From Selaginella moellendorffii (lineage: Eukaryota; Plantae; Lycopodiophyta): a stretch of 64,000 nucleotides of DNA. Below are positions 1 through 12,088 of this stretch, piece after piece (positions within the stretch are counted from its first letter, which is position 1; the number at the start of each line of letters is the position of its first letter). The notes under the pieces are model-generated. The model was not told where the DNA came from and searched no databases. It saw only the letters and a list, made by a program, of their open reading frames with translations. The DNA lies in contig NW_003314296.1 in assembly GCF_000143415.4 (NCBI RefSeq), positions 310,001 to 374,000 of the forward strand. Direction: 5' to 3'. The position numbers and the translations under genes were made by a program.

Positions 1-463
1 CTGCCCTAGCATTTATCGCCATTGCCAAACGGCTGCACTGGTCTGGGAAGTGGTCTTTACATTGCGTCCATGTTGGATCTCCAAGTTTGAATATTTCAAA
101 ATTAGCACTTTTCTAAACATTGCCCCACTTGGCTGCAAGATAGTGAGCTCCCATGGGACCCCGGCTTCCGTTCGGGTATAACTCAGGCACCATCTTCTTC
201 CTCTTGAGATCTTTGAGAAGAGGAGTGAAAATCTTCCATGCCGCATCCAGTTCACTGGTCCTGATGAAGAGACAGCACTCTCCAGCAATGGCATCCAGCA
301 GTAATTGCTTGTAAGCATCAGGGATTTCTTTTGAGTATCTGTTACATAGGAACTTTAGCTCGTAAAAAAGAAGAGAACTGTTAGCTCGGAGGTCCAGAGT
401 GCTTCGATTGAGTCTCATTCCCAGCCCTGGGACTTTGTTGTTGATCTTGAGATAAATGCCTTC
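1..463 (-). pseudogene. Duplicated 3' fragment of plastid glucose-6-phosphate dehydrogenase (end of penultimate exon, last intron, last exon, 3' UTR); runs off the left edge
   Basis: Aligns by eye to 30035-30510 ([47 protein letters not shown]). A ~20 bp deletion removes the splice donor, and many substitutions are CpG-to-TpG type. Confidence 0.93.
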
Positions 464-479
464 TGGATCTGGAAACCGG

Positions 480-790
480 AAGGAATTCCATCCTGGGATC
501 TGCAAGAGTGTAGTAGCATCACAAACAGTGTCATCAATTTCTACAGCAAGTGTGGAAGTATAGCTGTTGCTCACCACATCTTCGATTCTGCCGTGCCAAG
601 GATGAGGCTTAGTGGAACACACTGATAGCAGGCAAGGCAATGCAGCCAAAGTGGTGGACATCCTTGGCAAGCTGCTAGAGGAGGGCCTTGAGCTCAATGA
701 ATTTATGTTCCTCTCAGTTATCATGGGGTGCAGTGCTATGGGATGGATCAAGTAGGACCTAAAGTTTTTCTAGGAGATATGGAGTAGCTC
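480..790 (+). pseudogene. Degenerate PLS-class PPR gene fragment
   Basis: Manual translation gives [29 protein letters not shown] and [29 protein letters not shown], which match plant PLS PPR motifs. Stops and frameshifts are present. Confidence 0.8.
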
Positions 791-1021
791 TTGGGAGAGT
801 TGCCCATTGCGATGCTAGCACTCCGAACCAAGGGAGGTCCACTACAAATTGCCAAATCAGAGGGAGAGATAATGTCACATGTGTTGCATTTCTCTCCAGC
901 TTATTGTTACCTAAGCTATGCAGATTTCTAATTAGCCAAAGCAAACATCCACAAAAGTTTTATGGCAAATTGACCCTAGCCCAGGCTTGGGATCAGATGG
1001 CCCTTAGTTCATATATATAGA

Positions 1022-1047
1022 CTAGTATTACCCAACAAATGTTAGGT
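1022..1047 (-). other. Candidate Helitron 3' terminus: hairpin plus CTAG
   Basis: The minus strand reads ACCTAAC-ATTT-GTTGGGT-AATA-CTAG then T. This is a 7 bp stem (one G-T pair) ending 8 nt before the terminus, on the same strand as and downstream of the RepHel and RPA genes. Confidence 0.7.
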
Positions 1048-1772
1048 GAATATCAATGTACTTTTGTGAACTTCATAATATGAATATTAATATATTCCTA
1101 GGCATAATAAGAATAAATATTTATTACTAGCTCTGCTGGGATAGTTAGATGCTAATTCTAAAAAGAGAACAATTTATTAAAACTTGCTTAAGTTCAATAT
1201 GTAACAAGCACTTGGTTTATTTAGTTTTTACTTAGTGATTGCAACCAAACACTATTTCTTAAATGTTTAACTAGAATAGAATAATACAAGCTTGGACTCA
1301 AAGCTTAAAAGAATTATTCAACACATGAAGAGGTGGCTCAATCATATTCCTCAATTTGGTATATTATTTGGGCATTCCAGAGGTAAGAGCAGTTAATGGG
1401 ATGGTATGGTAAAGGGATTTTTGGTATAGAATGGCTGGTTTTGCATTTGCAAGCAAGCAATGTGTATTGAAGTATAAATGATTGTATTTTCTGGTGGACA
1501 ATGTGTTTGTTCATTATAACATGCTAAATTCTGATACAGTTGATGCATTTGTCATTTATTGTCCACTTGAGAATCATGTGTTGTTCTTCTTTCCCTTTTT
1601 TAGTTTTTGTATCTTGACATTCCTTTCTTGCTATAGATAACCATCAAACAGAGCTGATGTTTGCTAGGAGGTGTGTTTTATTTTATTTGTTTTTGCAAGT
1701 TCCATGTAACTACAAAACAAAACACAGATAAATATATCAACGTGTAAAAGATTAGAATGGAATCTGCATACC

Positions 1773-3743
1773 TTAGGTGTCAAGTCCAAGTATATAGAAC
1801 CTTAGCTTCTCCATGTCTTGGTATTTTTCAAGCTTGCTCCAGATTTTGAATTTGTAAATCTTTGATCGGATACCATCGATAAGTAGTGAGAATGCAGGGT
1901 AGTTCTCATCTCGCATTGTAGCTAGTTCCTTTGCTGACATTCCCACTATTTCCTGTGTAGCCTCTTGAAATGCAATGGCCCACATATGACTGCTACTATC
2001 CTCAATGCACATCTTTAGAGCATACTTGAACTCCATGTTGGCAGACACAATATTGCAATAACTGCAAAACCAACCATCTGCTGTTTGGGTAGTTTTTTTG
2101 CCACATTGCCGTGCATTCACAACATTGATGCATGCATTATAGTAAAACTCATCTGTCTTCATTTCCTTCACAGTAGCTATCACTCTATAGATAAGGGAAC
2201 TCTCTAACACCTTTAACTACATGTTTGATATCTCTGATAAAGTAGTGGTGCAGCTAACAATCTGTCTGGATGATGAAGTGCTCAAATGTATGAAGTTAGT
2301 GACATTGTAGTACAATGTCATCCATTCTCTCAAATCAGCCACTGCTTCCATTTCCAGTTCAATAAGAATAGTGCTCACACCAATTGCTGAAAGTGATTTA
2401 CCATTGTAGTCCGATACCTTTCCACCCTTGACACATATTATTGGCTGAACTCCACTGTCTATCCGCTCCTGTATATATGAGCCCTCTTCTTCTGCTTTTA
2501 AATCCCAGAGACATAGATCAACACTGTGGCCTGAATCATCACCTAGACACAATGTTCTCTTCTTCACAAAAGTTCCACTGTCACGAGATGTTACTGTAAT
2601 TGTACCAATCCATATTACGATACCAACCACATCAACAAAAGAGTCCCTTTCCTTCTGACACGCACTTAATATGCTTGTTTTTGCCAAGACAATTCTTGGG
2701 AACATTGCATCCTCATCCAAAGCTGTAAACTCCATACCTTTGTTAGCCTGAATCTCCCATGTTGCTTCAAATGGTGTGTATGCCTGATTGGAATGTCGTA
2801 TTCCACCACTACCAGAAAATGAATACACTGTACCCTGTACAATCTTATCTGACAAAACCAAGGCACAATCGTCGGAGCCAATAATTCTAATCTCTGTTCC
2901 CTGGACATCAACAACGTCAAATGACATTATGCATCCAGATCTTTTCGTGTTGAAGTGTATCAACTTGTTCTTGTGTGTGACTCTTGCATGGAAGGACCAC
3001 CTGTAAGAACGGTCACTGATTTCTTTGATGAACACCTCTTTTATGACGGCCTTTTTTGAGCTCTCTCCCTGTATCAAAGGGAACAAATTGAATAAACTGG
3101 TTTAGACGTGAAATACCTTTTCCATGGACTCCTGGGCTCGTTTTTGTCCCTGGCAAGTTCAATTGTAGCAGTTATTTTAGAATTAAAACCAAAGAAAGGA
3201 CTTACCACTTTCATATCTTGAAGGATAGGGTTTGAGTGTGTGTGCTTCCATACTCCACGGCAGAGCACCGCACGTCCTGCGGTGTCCGGTGCGCCCCTGG
3301 CGGTCCTTGAAAATCTGGAGGAGCGAGTGCTGAGCTTGCCCGGTCGTACTCATAACCGCATCAGGTCTCCAAGGTGAGCAGCCTCTAGTCGATGGAACAA
3401 TGTAGGTAATCCAGGAAGCATGCATCCGAAACAATCAATGACCTACAGAATATTTTGGTGTTTAAAATGCTCTGTCAAAAGGAAAATACACTTACTGTTT
3501 CCCATTTGTCTCAAGGAACGCGTAGTCCAGGAATTTTACAAACGAATTCAGACGGGCACCACATGAATCTATTAAACTTGAAACTCGGTGTGATGCAATT
3601 GCCTCGAGTATTTCTCTGTCATCCATGACAGAGAACTTCTTGGTCAGAGCACCAGGCTTTGAATCTATATTCGTCACACGCAACATGAGTTCCTCTTTCG
3701 AATTTTCTTTGACCCTTCTGATCCCATCATCTGTGCACTTCAT
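1773..3743 (-). pseudogene. Helitron-associated RPA70/RPA1-like ssDNA-binding protein
   Basis: An N-terminal OB exon (3492-3743) is followed by OB domains (WSFHARVTHK, SFDVVDVQGTEIR, VDVVGIVIWIG, KRTLCLGDDSGHSVDLCLW, GGKVSDYNGKSLS) and a C-terminal zinc ribbon (YNAC..QCGKK..WFCSYC). There is an in-frame stop at 2217-2219 and an rRNA insertion. Confidence 0.9.
3259..3409 (+). rRNA. ~150 bp fragment of nuclear 25S/28S rRNA (non-functional insertion)
   Basis: agagcaccgcacgtc...ggtgtccggtgcgccc...ccttgaaaat...gcccggtcgtactcataaccgcatcaggtctccaaggtga.cagcctct.gtcgatggaacaatgtagg is a recognisable conserved eukaryotic LSU rRNA stretch. It is a GC-rich island in AT-rich surroundings. Confidence 0.92.
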
Positions 3744-5889
3744 GATTGTTCACGATAGGGTTTCTCCGTGATATCTGCTATATAATGTTCACATTTATCA
3801 AACCGTTGGCAACGTTGTTATCACTGCCTTGATGCATATGCATTGGTTGAAATAATAAAATTTATTCTTGTATTAGTGGGGAAAAAAGATTACGACTTTA
3901 TCTTCCTCCTCCCTCTCCAGAAGAGTTAGTGGCAAAAGTAGTTTATCTTCTCGAGAAACTTAAGTTCTTGTTCATTTTTTTTAAAAAAAATCTGATTCTA
4001 CACTACCGGCCAAAAGCCCTTTCCACGATCTACCGATCTTCATGTTTAATAACAACTGTGGCAATACACGGCTCCTCTTTCCCACCAGCAAGTGCTCTAG
4101 AAAACTTAAAGGAATCGTGGCCTTGTCGATTCATCCCAAGCCACCTGCAGAAGCAGAGACATAAACGTTCTGTGAAGGTTTTGTAAACTTCTCAAAGTGG
4201 TTCGCCCATAATGGATCCCAGGTGCAGCACGTCACATCCAAGAAGGTAGTCATAGCACGCAAGGAATCTTTGCTTTACTATTCTGATTCTGCCGGTGGCA
4301 AAAGGATGAATCGCTGATGATGGAGTTCCATGACTGACTTGAAAATCACAGAGAACCGACACAGTATGGTCCATGTCTAGTCACAGGCGTTTTTCTAGGC
4401 CTTTCCCTTTTGTTACCAAGGTTATAAGGACCAAAGAGGATTACAACGCCCACGGAAACGGATTGCGTCCAGATAAGCACAAAATTGTGTCTGATGCATC
4501 TTCCAACACTCGAATTCCAGCTACACTTGCTGGTTATGAACGCAACTACTGAACACCATTTTGATCCATAGCGAAACAGTTTGATCTTCGTTTATTTGTA
4601 GTATAGAAACTTGATGCATTCTTAAGCTTTTCTAGGGCAAGTGTGTGCGAAGGGAAACAACTCCCAGGAAAAACACTTTCCTTTTCTTCTTTTTTTCATC
4701 TGATTCTTCGTCTGAAAATCAGACGAATCCAACCAGCTCCAACCAGCTGCTCAAAGCATGCGATCCAATAAGCCAGACAGTAGGGCATGCATGTGAGATG
4801 GCCTGCGTAATCTCCATTTCCCGGTGCCTGTCTTGCACGGTTAAGGAAACCTTTTCAAAAATCTAAAGGCTGAAGATAACAGGTGTTAGAACCCAGCGAC
4901 AAGTAAAAGATCCACACCTGATTCCGATGTAACTCTCGAACCACCCTCATCCTGCCCCAGCCGTTAAGCTGGAAGAGACAAACGGTACGTGAAAATTCAG
5001 TCGGGCATCATAAAGCAAGTCTACTCCACTACCCTGGTACCCCGTGTCAAATGCTCGACCTGTAGCAGCACCAGACATAAACAATCATGCAAAATTGCTG
5101 TTGCTAACTGTATGGCTTGTTGTGGACGGTAGTCCTTGTACTGCTGCACCTCTTCCACTCTCATCCATGTACACTGCTTGAACTGTGTCAGTTATCTCGC
5201 ATTTTCTTCCATACTGTATCGCTCTTCCTCCTGGTTTCCTCATGGTTTCTAGTGTATGACTGTGATAATGGTCTTGTGCTGGATGATTTTTTTGCACAAA
5301 GAATGCTTGTTTCCGTGTCTTGTATGCTAGAAGTTGATGTTGTGTAATCCAGAAACACAAAAGTCAAGTGTAAGCCTTTTTTTATGCAGGTTCCAAATGA
5401 TTGTAATTCAGCAGAGCAATATTTCTATCTACCAAGTAGAGTAATGGGAACTATTGCAAACCATCGTTGAAGAGCTGTAATATTTACAAATTACGGTGCA
5501 AAAGCCAGTGCTACTTTGTCAAAGCTAAGAAATTGGTTCCTTTTCAACAAAGTTTGCTGCTGGGTTTTGCCTTTAAAGCAGAAGCTGGTGTGCCAAATCC
5601 AAACCCTTCACACTCACCCGAGGAGAGGAACTATGTCGTGTGGTCTGTTACACAGGTGGAGCTTGTCCATACGTACATGGACTTCCTCTTCCATGGGGGC
5701 TGCTATCTGGTTCGGCTGGATGAGCTGTATTATTTGGCTTTATTTAGTTTATTTTCTGACAATTTGAAATTTGTTTTATACCATCATTCTAATTAATGAT
5801 GAGAGGACCATAGTATAGATTAAAACTTTTTTTCTCAATCTATTTTTTAATATCTGTAAGACACAATATTTTTCCTTTTTCTCAATCTC

Positions 5890-8539
5890 ATTTTAATATT
5901 TGTCATGCTCATTGAATAGCCCACCGCTTGATAAGACTTATCATTCCGTTCAGCTGTTGAATCTGTAATAATAACAAATACAGCTCAAAAAATACAAAAT
6001 CATCTGAGAGGGATTAGAGGAAGATCAAGTACATTCTTTTGGGTTTTCAGCAATTGCTATTTTTAGATGTGCCTCCACTCTGAAATGGAAATTTAAAGTT
6101 AGTAATAGATACAATCCATACGTACTTCAGTGATAGTTCCCTCAATGTAGCTAGTTTAGGGAAGTTATGTATTGGCTGAGCATCTTTTAGTGTGGAGGTG
6201 ATCTCAGTGTCTGTTTTTTTTTCTAAATAGAAACTCTGCCATTTGTTATTTTACATTCTGGAAATCATCAAATTTTGAGTTAGCTTAAATTTAATTTATG
6301 TTTCTCACAAATTTACACCAAATACCTTATCTATTTCATTAGCAAAGTGAGATTCCGATGCCTTTGTTACTTTTCTTTGAAAATGTTCTGTGTCCTCGCA
6401 ATCTAAGAACAATGATTAGCATTGTGAATATATTTTAGCAAAGAAACATCATTCTTGTGTTAAAAAGTTCTACCGTGAAGATGTTCTATTTGTTGTTCAT
6501 TTTGAAATTGGTATAAAGTGTTTTCTTTATGCATCATGTTTTTTTTCTCAGTAGCAAAAGCAACATCAGCAACTGGTCTATTGGTCTGCTTTTAGAAAAA
6601 GAACTTAATAAAAAGGTATAAACAAACAAGCCAACCATAATCTTTTCTGCATTATTTGCAGTTGATACTCTAATTGTTAAACAATAGGTGTTCTTTCAAA
6701 TCCTTATTTATCATGAGTGAGCTCCACAAAGTTTGCTTCCAAAACTCCTAAATAACCTTAAAGAATGTATCAAAGACCAATAGTAGAATAGTAAAACTTG
6801 CCATAAACACTTTACCCTTGTTTTCGTGATGAATTCCATATTTTCCAAAAGGGCTGTCATATATTAAATGAGAAAAATGATCTTTCTGAATGATTGGTTA
6901 CCTTAATAAGTCGGTTTTTGTGGTAGACATTAAATCCTTGTATATCTATTTGTTGTGTGTACCAAAAGTTTACTTTTGCAGACATCTACATTCAAAGTTG
7001 AATAAATATCAAAGAAAATTTTAAAAATGGGGACAACTACTTTTAAATCATTTTGAAACTTGAAATTAAATTGCTCTATATGCATTGCATCACTCCTTAT
7101 GTCAGAGTGTTCAACTTCTTGATTTCGAAGAATGATCTTGAAGTTTTCTGGTAGATGCAAATACAACATTGAAATATATACCTGCAAACCTGAGTGGATG
7201 AGAAAGTGTATTTTAAATTTTTTCTTACCCGTAGAGAACTTTTGTACAGGAAAAAGTGTTTAATATTGGAATATTTGTTTGCCATTTCACATTGTATGTC
7301 ATGTTGACCGTTTCTAATTTGGATATCCTTAATGGGTGTCAGAAAAGTAAACTTTTAAAATATAAAACATACATGAGGATCAGATTTGAAGTCTAGTTCA
7401 ATTTGTTGCTCGTCATTCTCCCATAGATTATAGATGATTATTCTTGTCCCTTGGTCATTAATTTTCTTGAACTTGAATAGTAGAGACACATAACTTAAGA
7501 TTATTGATCTAGAATACCTACTTGGCTATGAATAGATCCTTCATTTTGATAAGGACTCCATTTAGTGATTACATCCATATGAATTTTCCAATCTTGATGT
7601 GTACATTTATGGATCTCTTTTAACTCAAGCCCATATCCTTCATAATTCAGCTGCAAATATGAACAATGTGATGAATACACATCTAAGAGAATTTATCCAC
7701 TCAAAACCATTGGAACTATAATATCTTGCTGCACTGTATCACGGAGAAAGCTATAAGAGAGTAATCCCACACTTTGAATAAATCTGTACACAATGTTAAA
7801 TAAAGTGGCGAAAAATATGGCAGTCAACTCTTATACCTGTCACCTACTGCAGTGTTTGATTTTGAAAATACAATGACATCTGCACCAAGGCGCGTTGTAC
7901 TTGTCTTGAAACCATTTCCATTTGGTAGTATAAATAATATTAAAAAATGTAAAAAAAAAGATGGCACTTACATTGTCCAATTGTTCTACTGGCTGTGTCA
8001 TTTACAGAATACCCAAAGGACATACATTGTCGCAAATGATCAAGAGTCATGCCATCACCATTGTCTAAATTAACAAATACAATGTTACTTGCATAAAGAA
8101 AGAAAAAAGGAAAAAAAAAAATGTCTTACAAACCTTCAAACAGAAGCATTGGCGTGCCATTAACTGGATTCTTGAGAACATCTATGTTGGCAAATGTCGC
8201 TCCATTTGTTGTCTGGTCGAGTGCATTATCAAGCAGCTCTGCTATTGCTGCAAAAAGTGTAAGATCATGCATTAGAAAGAAAAGAGGAACAGTGATATGC
8301 CTATTTGAATTACCACCAAAAGCCCACTTGTGGCTTCTTGCGTTAGAATGAAGGAATTTGGGATGCATTCGTACGTGGTCCATTCCAGCTACAAAACCAC
8401 GTAATGAGTTACTTCCTTAAAAAGCAGTCATAATGAGCAAGGACCTGGCATTGTTTGTGCGTTAGAACCATCGTAATTTCCTGCTTTCCAAAACTGGGAA
8501 CATTGTCTTGGCTGCTGTGTACAAACAACTGTTTTATCA
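5890..8539 (-). pseudogene. MORC: MORC/CRT1-family GHKL ATPase (HATPase_c + S5), multi-exon; 5' part lost in the gap
   Basis: Exons translate to CSQFWKAGNYDG, HVRMHPKFLHSNARSHKWAFG, AIAELLDNALD, DNGDGM..CMSFGYS, GNGFKTSTTRLGADVIVFS, QSVGLLSYSFL, GTRIIIYNLWEND, IQGFNVYHKNRLIK/PFW and GVLEANFVE..HD..GFERT. There is an in-frame TAA near 6678 and an AG-to-AA acceptor change near 7922. The 3' end is approximate. Confidence 0.92.
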
Positions 8540-9056
8540 NNNNNNNNNNNNNNNNNNNNNNNNNNNNNNNNNNNNNNNNNNNNNNNNNNNNNNNNNNNNN
8601 NNNNNNNNNNNNNNNNNNNNNNNNNNNNNNNNNNNNNNNNNNNNNNNNNNNNNNNNNNNNNNNNNNNNNNNNNNNNNNNNNNNNNNNNNNNNNNNNNNNN
8701 NNNNNNNNNNNNNNNNNNNNNNNNNNNNNNNNNNNNNNNNNNNNNNNNNNNNNNNNNNNNNNNNNNNNNNNNNNNNNNNNNNNNNNNNNNNNNNNNNNNN
8801 NNNNNNNNNNNNNNNNNNNNNNNNNNNNNNNNNNNNNNNNNNNNNNNNNNNNNNNNNNNNNNNNNNNNNNNNNNNNNNNNNNNNNNNNNNNNNNNNNNNN
8901 NNNNNNNNNNNNNNNNNNNNNNNNNNNNNNNNNNNNNNNNNNNNNNNNNNNNNNNNNNNNNNNNNNNNNNNNNNNNNNNNNNNNNNNNNNNNNNNNNNNN
9001 NNNNNNNNNNNNNNNNNNNNNNNNNNNNNNNNNNNNNNNNNNNNNNNNNNNNNNNN
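8540..9056. other. Assembly gap (N run)
   Basis: Run of Ns. Confidence 1.
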
Positions 9057-10435
9057 CTACCTTTTCAAAGTCAGTTGATAAAATTATAAACTACAAATTA
9101 ACTTTATAAACGATAGATTTCTACTTCTTCCGTTATGTTTTCAGAGGTTTTTACATGCAAATGAAAGACTGCTAGGTTGCTATGCTAGAGTGGATTGCCA
9201 GGTGCGGTCAGGCAAGAGAAACAGGTCTTGTCCCCACATTCACGTGCAACATTCCTATTTTTTCTTTCCTCTGCTACCTGACTGCTTCTCTGTTTTGGGC
9301 TGCTCCCAGATTCGGGTCGGAGCGATCGAGCAAAATGGATCCGTTAGAGTTAATCAGAGCTTCACTTTTGACATCAAGGACAATTTTTGCAGCTTTGCAA
9401 GTTTTTTTCTACTGACGAGTTTGGGTGGTTGGGCAGAATGCAGTTCTGCTGTTACACATTGTTTCTAAGACACGTTTTGGAGGAGAAGACTCGCTTGGGA
9501 TTTCTACGGAAGTTCGTGTTGTTGATCTTCTCGATAAAAAGGGAGGTCTGAGGAAGGTGTCTTTTCTCCTTGTGCCACCTTATTGCTCTGTTTCATTTCA
9601 GGTGGTCAAGATGGAAAAACCAAGTGGTATGATCTTTCTGGGAAGAGATTAATGCCGGGGAAGGTGATCAGTCTGTTCGCTTGACTTTTAAAAATGTTCG
9701 TTGTTGTCGTGTATTTGCAGGTTTTAATGGACTTAGATGCAAGAATAGCTGAACCCGAGCATGATATCAGTGTTTTCTTGGGTACATGGAATGTAGGAAA
9801 TGCAAGACCGGTATGTCAGCTATAATTCTGGACCAATTTGCTGATCTTTGGCAGCTCAGGCTGTGGATTTGTCATCGTGGCTTATTACAAAGAGCAAGCA
9901 TGCTGAATTGCTCTACTTCTTCTTGGTACATGTCCATTTCATTTGAGGATTCAAAAAGTGCAGTGTCACCTCCTTTCCTCTGTTAAAAAATATAAATAAA
10001 ATACAAGAGATCTTTTCCAGTGTTCATCAAGGGGAATTCGTTTTCATTTTGTCATCAAAAGAAAACTTAGTATCAAGAAGGTAAGTTAGGGCGAGTAAGC
10101 AATGGGCAGAGACTGACCACCACAATTCCTATAAGCCCGTGATTGGAGTTCGTTAATGATATCAACATTGAAGCCACGTAACAAAGGTAGTGTGGGATTA
10201 AACTTGCAAGCTTGGTCCGAATTTGTTTTGAAGCAGGTTCATTCCAGTTCAAAACCAAGTCATCCACGTTTCATAGACATTCTAACCTTTGATGTCAATC
10301 TAATAGAAATTGGTTAACTTAAGTACAGAGTTTCATTACCAGCGTAAAGTTGATACAGTTGTAAGGTTATGGTTTATATAACCATTTTATTTTGAGGAGC
10401 ACTTGCATTTTTTATTTACTCCCAGTATAAGCCCT

Positions 10436-11649
10436 TCATTTTTTGGATGATGGTGCAAAACCAATTACATCATTAGATACATCTAGCACAAACCTCCCCA
10501 CGGGTGGATGTTTTATCATTTGTGTCTTGACATGTGTCGAATCCTTTTTCCAGCTCGTAAGAATTGGTTCTTTAGAACCGTAAAGATGATCAACTAAGTA
10601 TGATGGAATGTTAACATCCCTGGTCGTATTTTCCATGTGTATCTTCCCCTTTAAAGTCATAAGCTGTTTCACTGGGCCAACATACTTGCACACAGCACAC
10701 ACTGCAGTGTCTTTAGATGTTCTTTGTGTCACTATTGTATCACATGAGCTGCAAACGGTATGGATAAAAATAGGACGCAGCCTATCTATCTCAAACCATC
10801 CTGGCACCTGTAATTGATTTGATGTCTGTTTTAGCATGTATTATATCTCATGTGGCTTACCCCATTACAACATATAGCAAGACTCCGGTATAAGGCTGTT
10901 AAAAAATGGTTCTTTGCTGGATCAAGTATGCGTGTGACAATAGTCATTCCAGAGACATTCGCTCTTTTAAATACACCATCTCCTTGTAAGTTTATAAAGC
11001 ACCGGCTAGGAGCGGTTTCTGAAAGGAGTTCATTTAGCATCTCTCTGAATATATATATATTGCTTGCTAGGAATTTTACCTGGCACAAGTAAAATTGGGA
11101 TCTATCAGTAATAGAATAAGTAAGTAATTATTCTATTACAGTTAACGTGTCGCTGGAGTCTCCATTGTCTGCAACTCTGATCTCAGCAGTATTATGTGCT
11201 AGGCTGTTGACCTTAATCATGACAGCTTCAATAGATCCAATTGAATCACGTCCCCTATGCATGTTAGTAAACTCTGCTATGCTTATTGTGGGCACAGACA
11301 GTCGCAACAAAGGCGGACTGTGCTGGAATTCTTCAACTATGGTTGTGTCCATGATCTTCAGAGTAAATCCCCATGTCCCCCTATCGTATTTTGGGACTGT
11401 GGGGATAACTTCAAAACCATACAACTTGAGCCATTTTCCTCTGGTAAATTCCTGTGCACGTTTCTCTGCTACTTCGTGGAACATCCATACGGTAATAGTT
11501 TCAGTGCCACCAAAGTCAGTCATGTCTACACGCAGTCGATTGCCTCCATGCACAAGGCCTCATTTGAGACCGTAGCTGTTGAGTGTATACCCTGCAAACA
11601 TTAACGTGCTTGCACTCTCATCAATGCCAGGTTATTTCGATCGCTGCTG
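10436..11649 (-). pseudogene. Second, divergent RPA1-like OB-fold/zinc-ribbon ssDNA-binding protein
   Basis: An OB-like segment (LRVDMTDFGGTETITVWMFHEVAEK..FTRGKWLKLYGFEV) and a C-terminal CSSC...CAVC zinc ribbon followed by a beta-rich tail, as in RPA70 DBD-C. Split by an intron or frameshift; the 5' end is in a gap. Confidence 0.65.
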
Positions 11650-11749
11650 NNNNNNNNNNNNNNNNNNNNNNNNNNNNNNNNNNNNNNNNNNNNNNNNNNN
11701 NNNNNNNNNNNNNNNNNNNNNNNNNNNNNNNNNNNNNNNNNNNNNNNNN
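11650..11749. other. Assembly gap (100 N, probably unsized)
   Basis: Run of 100 Ns. Confidence 1.
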
Positions 11750-11990
11750 CTGGTATATAGCAGATTCTTATATACCAATGTTTCTGTAATGACATATTGT
11801 TCTTAAAAGGCTGGTATTCGTAGTAGATTTCTTGCAAGCTCTGGTGAGAGTAGTGAGCTTTGTTACAATAAAAAGATGTAGATGTTCGCCGCAGTTTTTA
11901 GGTTTCTGCTAGCTCAGTTCTTAATTAATATAGTAGTTCATGTTTTGTACATATTAATTAATAAATATTTATGTTAATTATTTAATATTT

Positions 11991-12088
11991 GAATCTATAT
12001 TCGTCACACCTAACACTAGTTGCTCAATCAAATTTTATTTGGCCTTTTCTGTTCCCATCCTCAATGTTCTTCATGATCTTTCATGCTA
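11991..12088 (-). repeat. Diverged duplicate of the 5' end of the RPA70-like gene (3661-3757)
   Basis: gaatctatattcgtcacac is identical to 3661-3679, and gapped similarity continues through cttcatgat (the ATG). Confidence 0.75.

Noticed and set aside
113-751. 212 aa ORF as a real G6PD gene
   Set aside because: It is a chimera of antisense PPR, retained intron and G6PD tail, and lacks the catalytic core.
8455-9089. Long ORFs of X residues (also 11579-11837)
   Set aside because: Artefacts of N gaps
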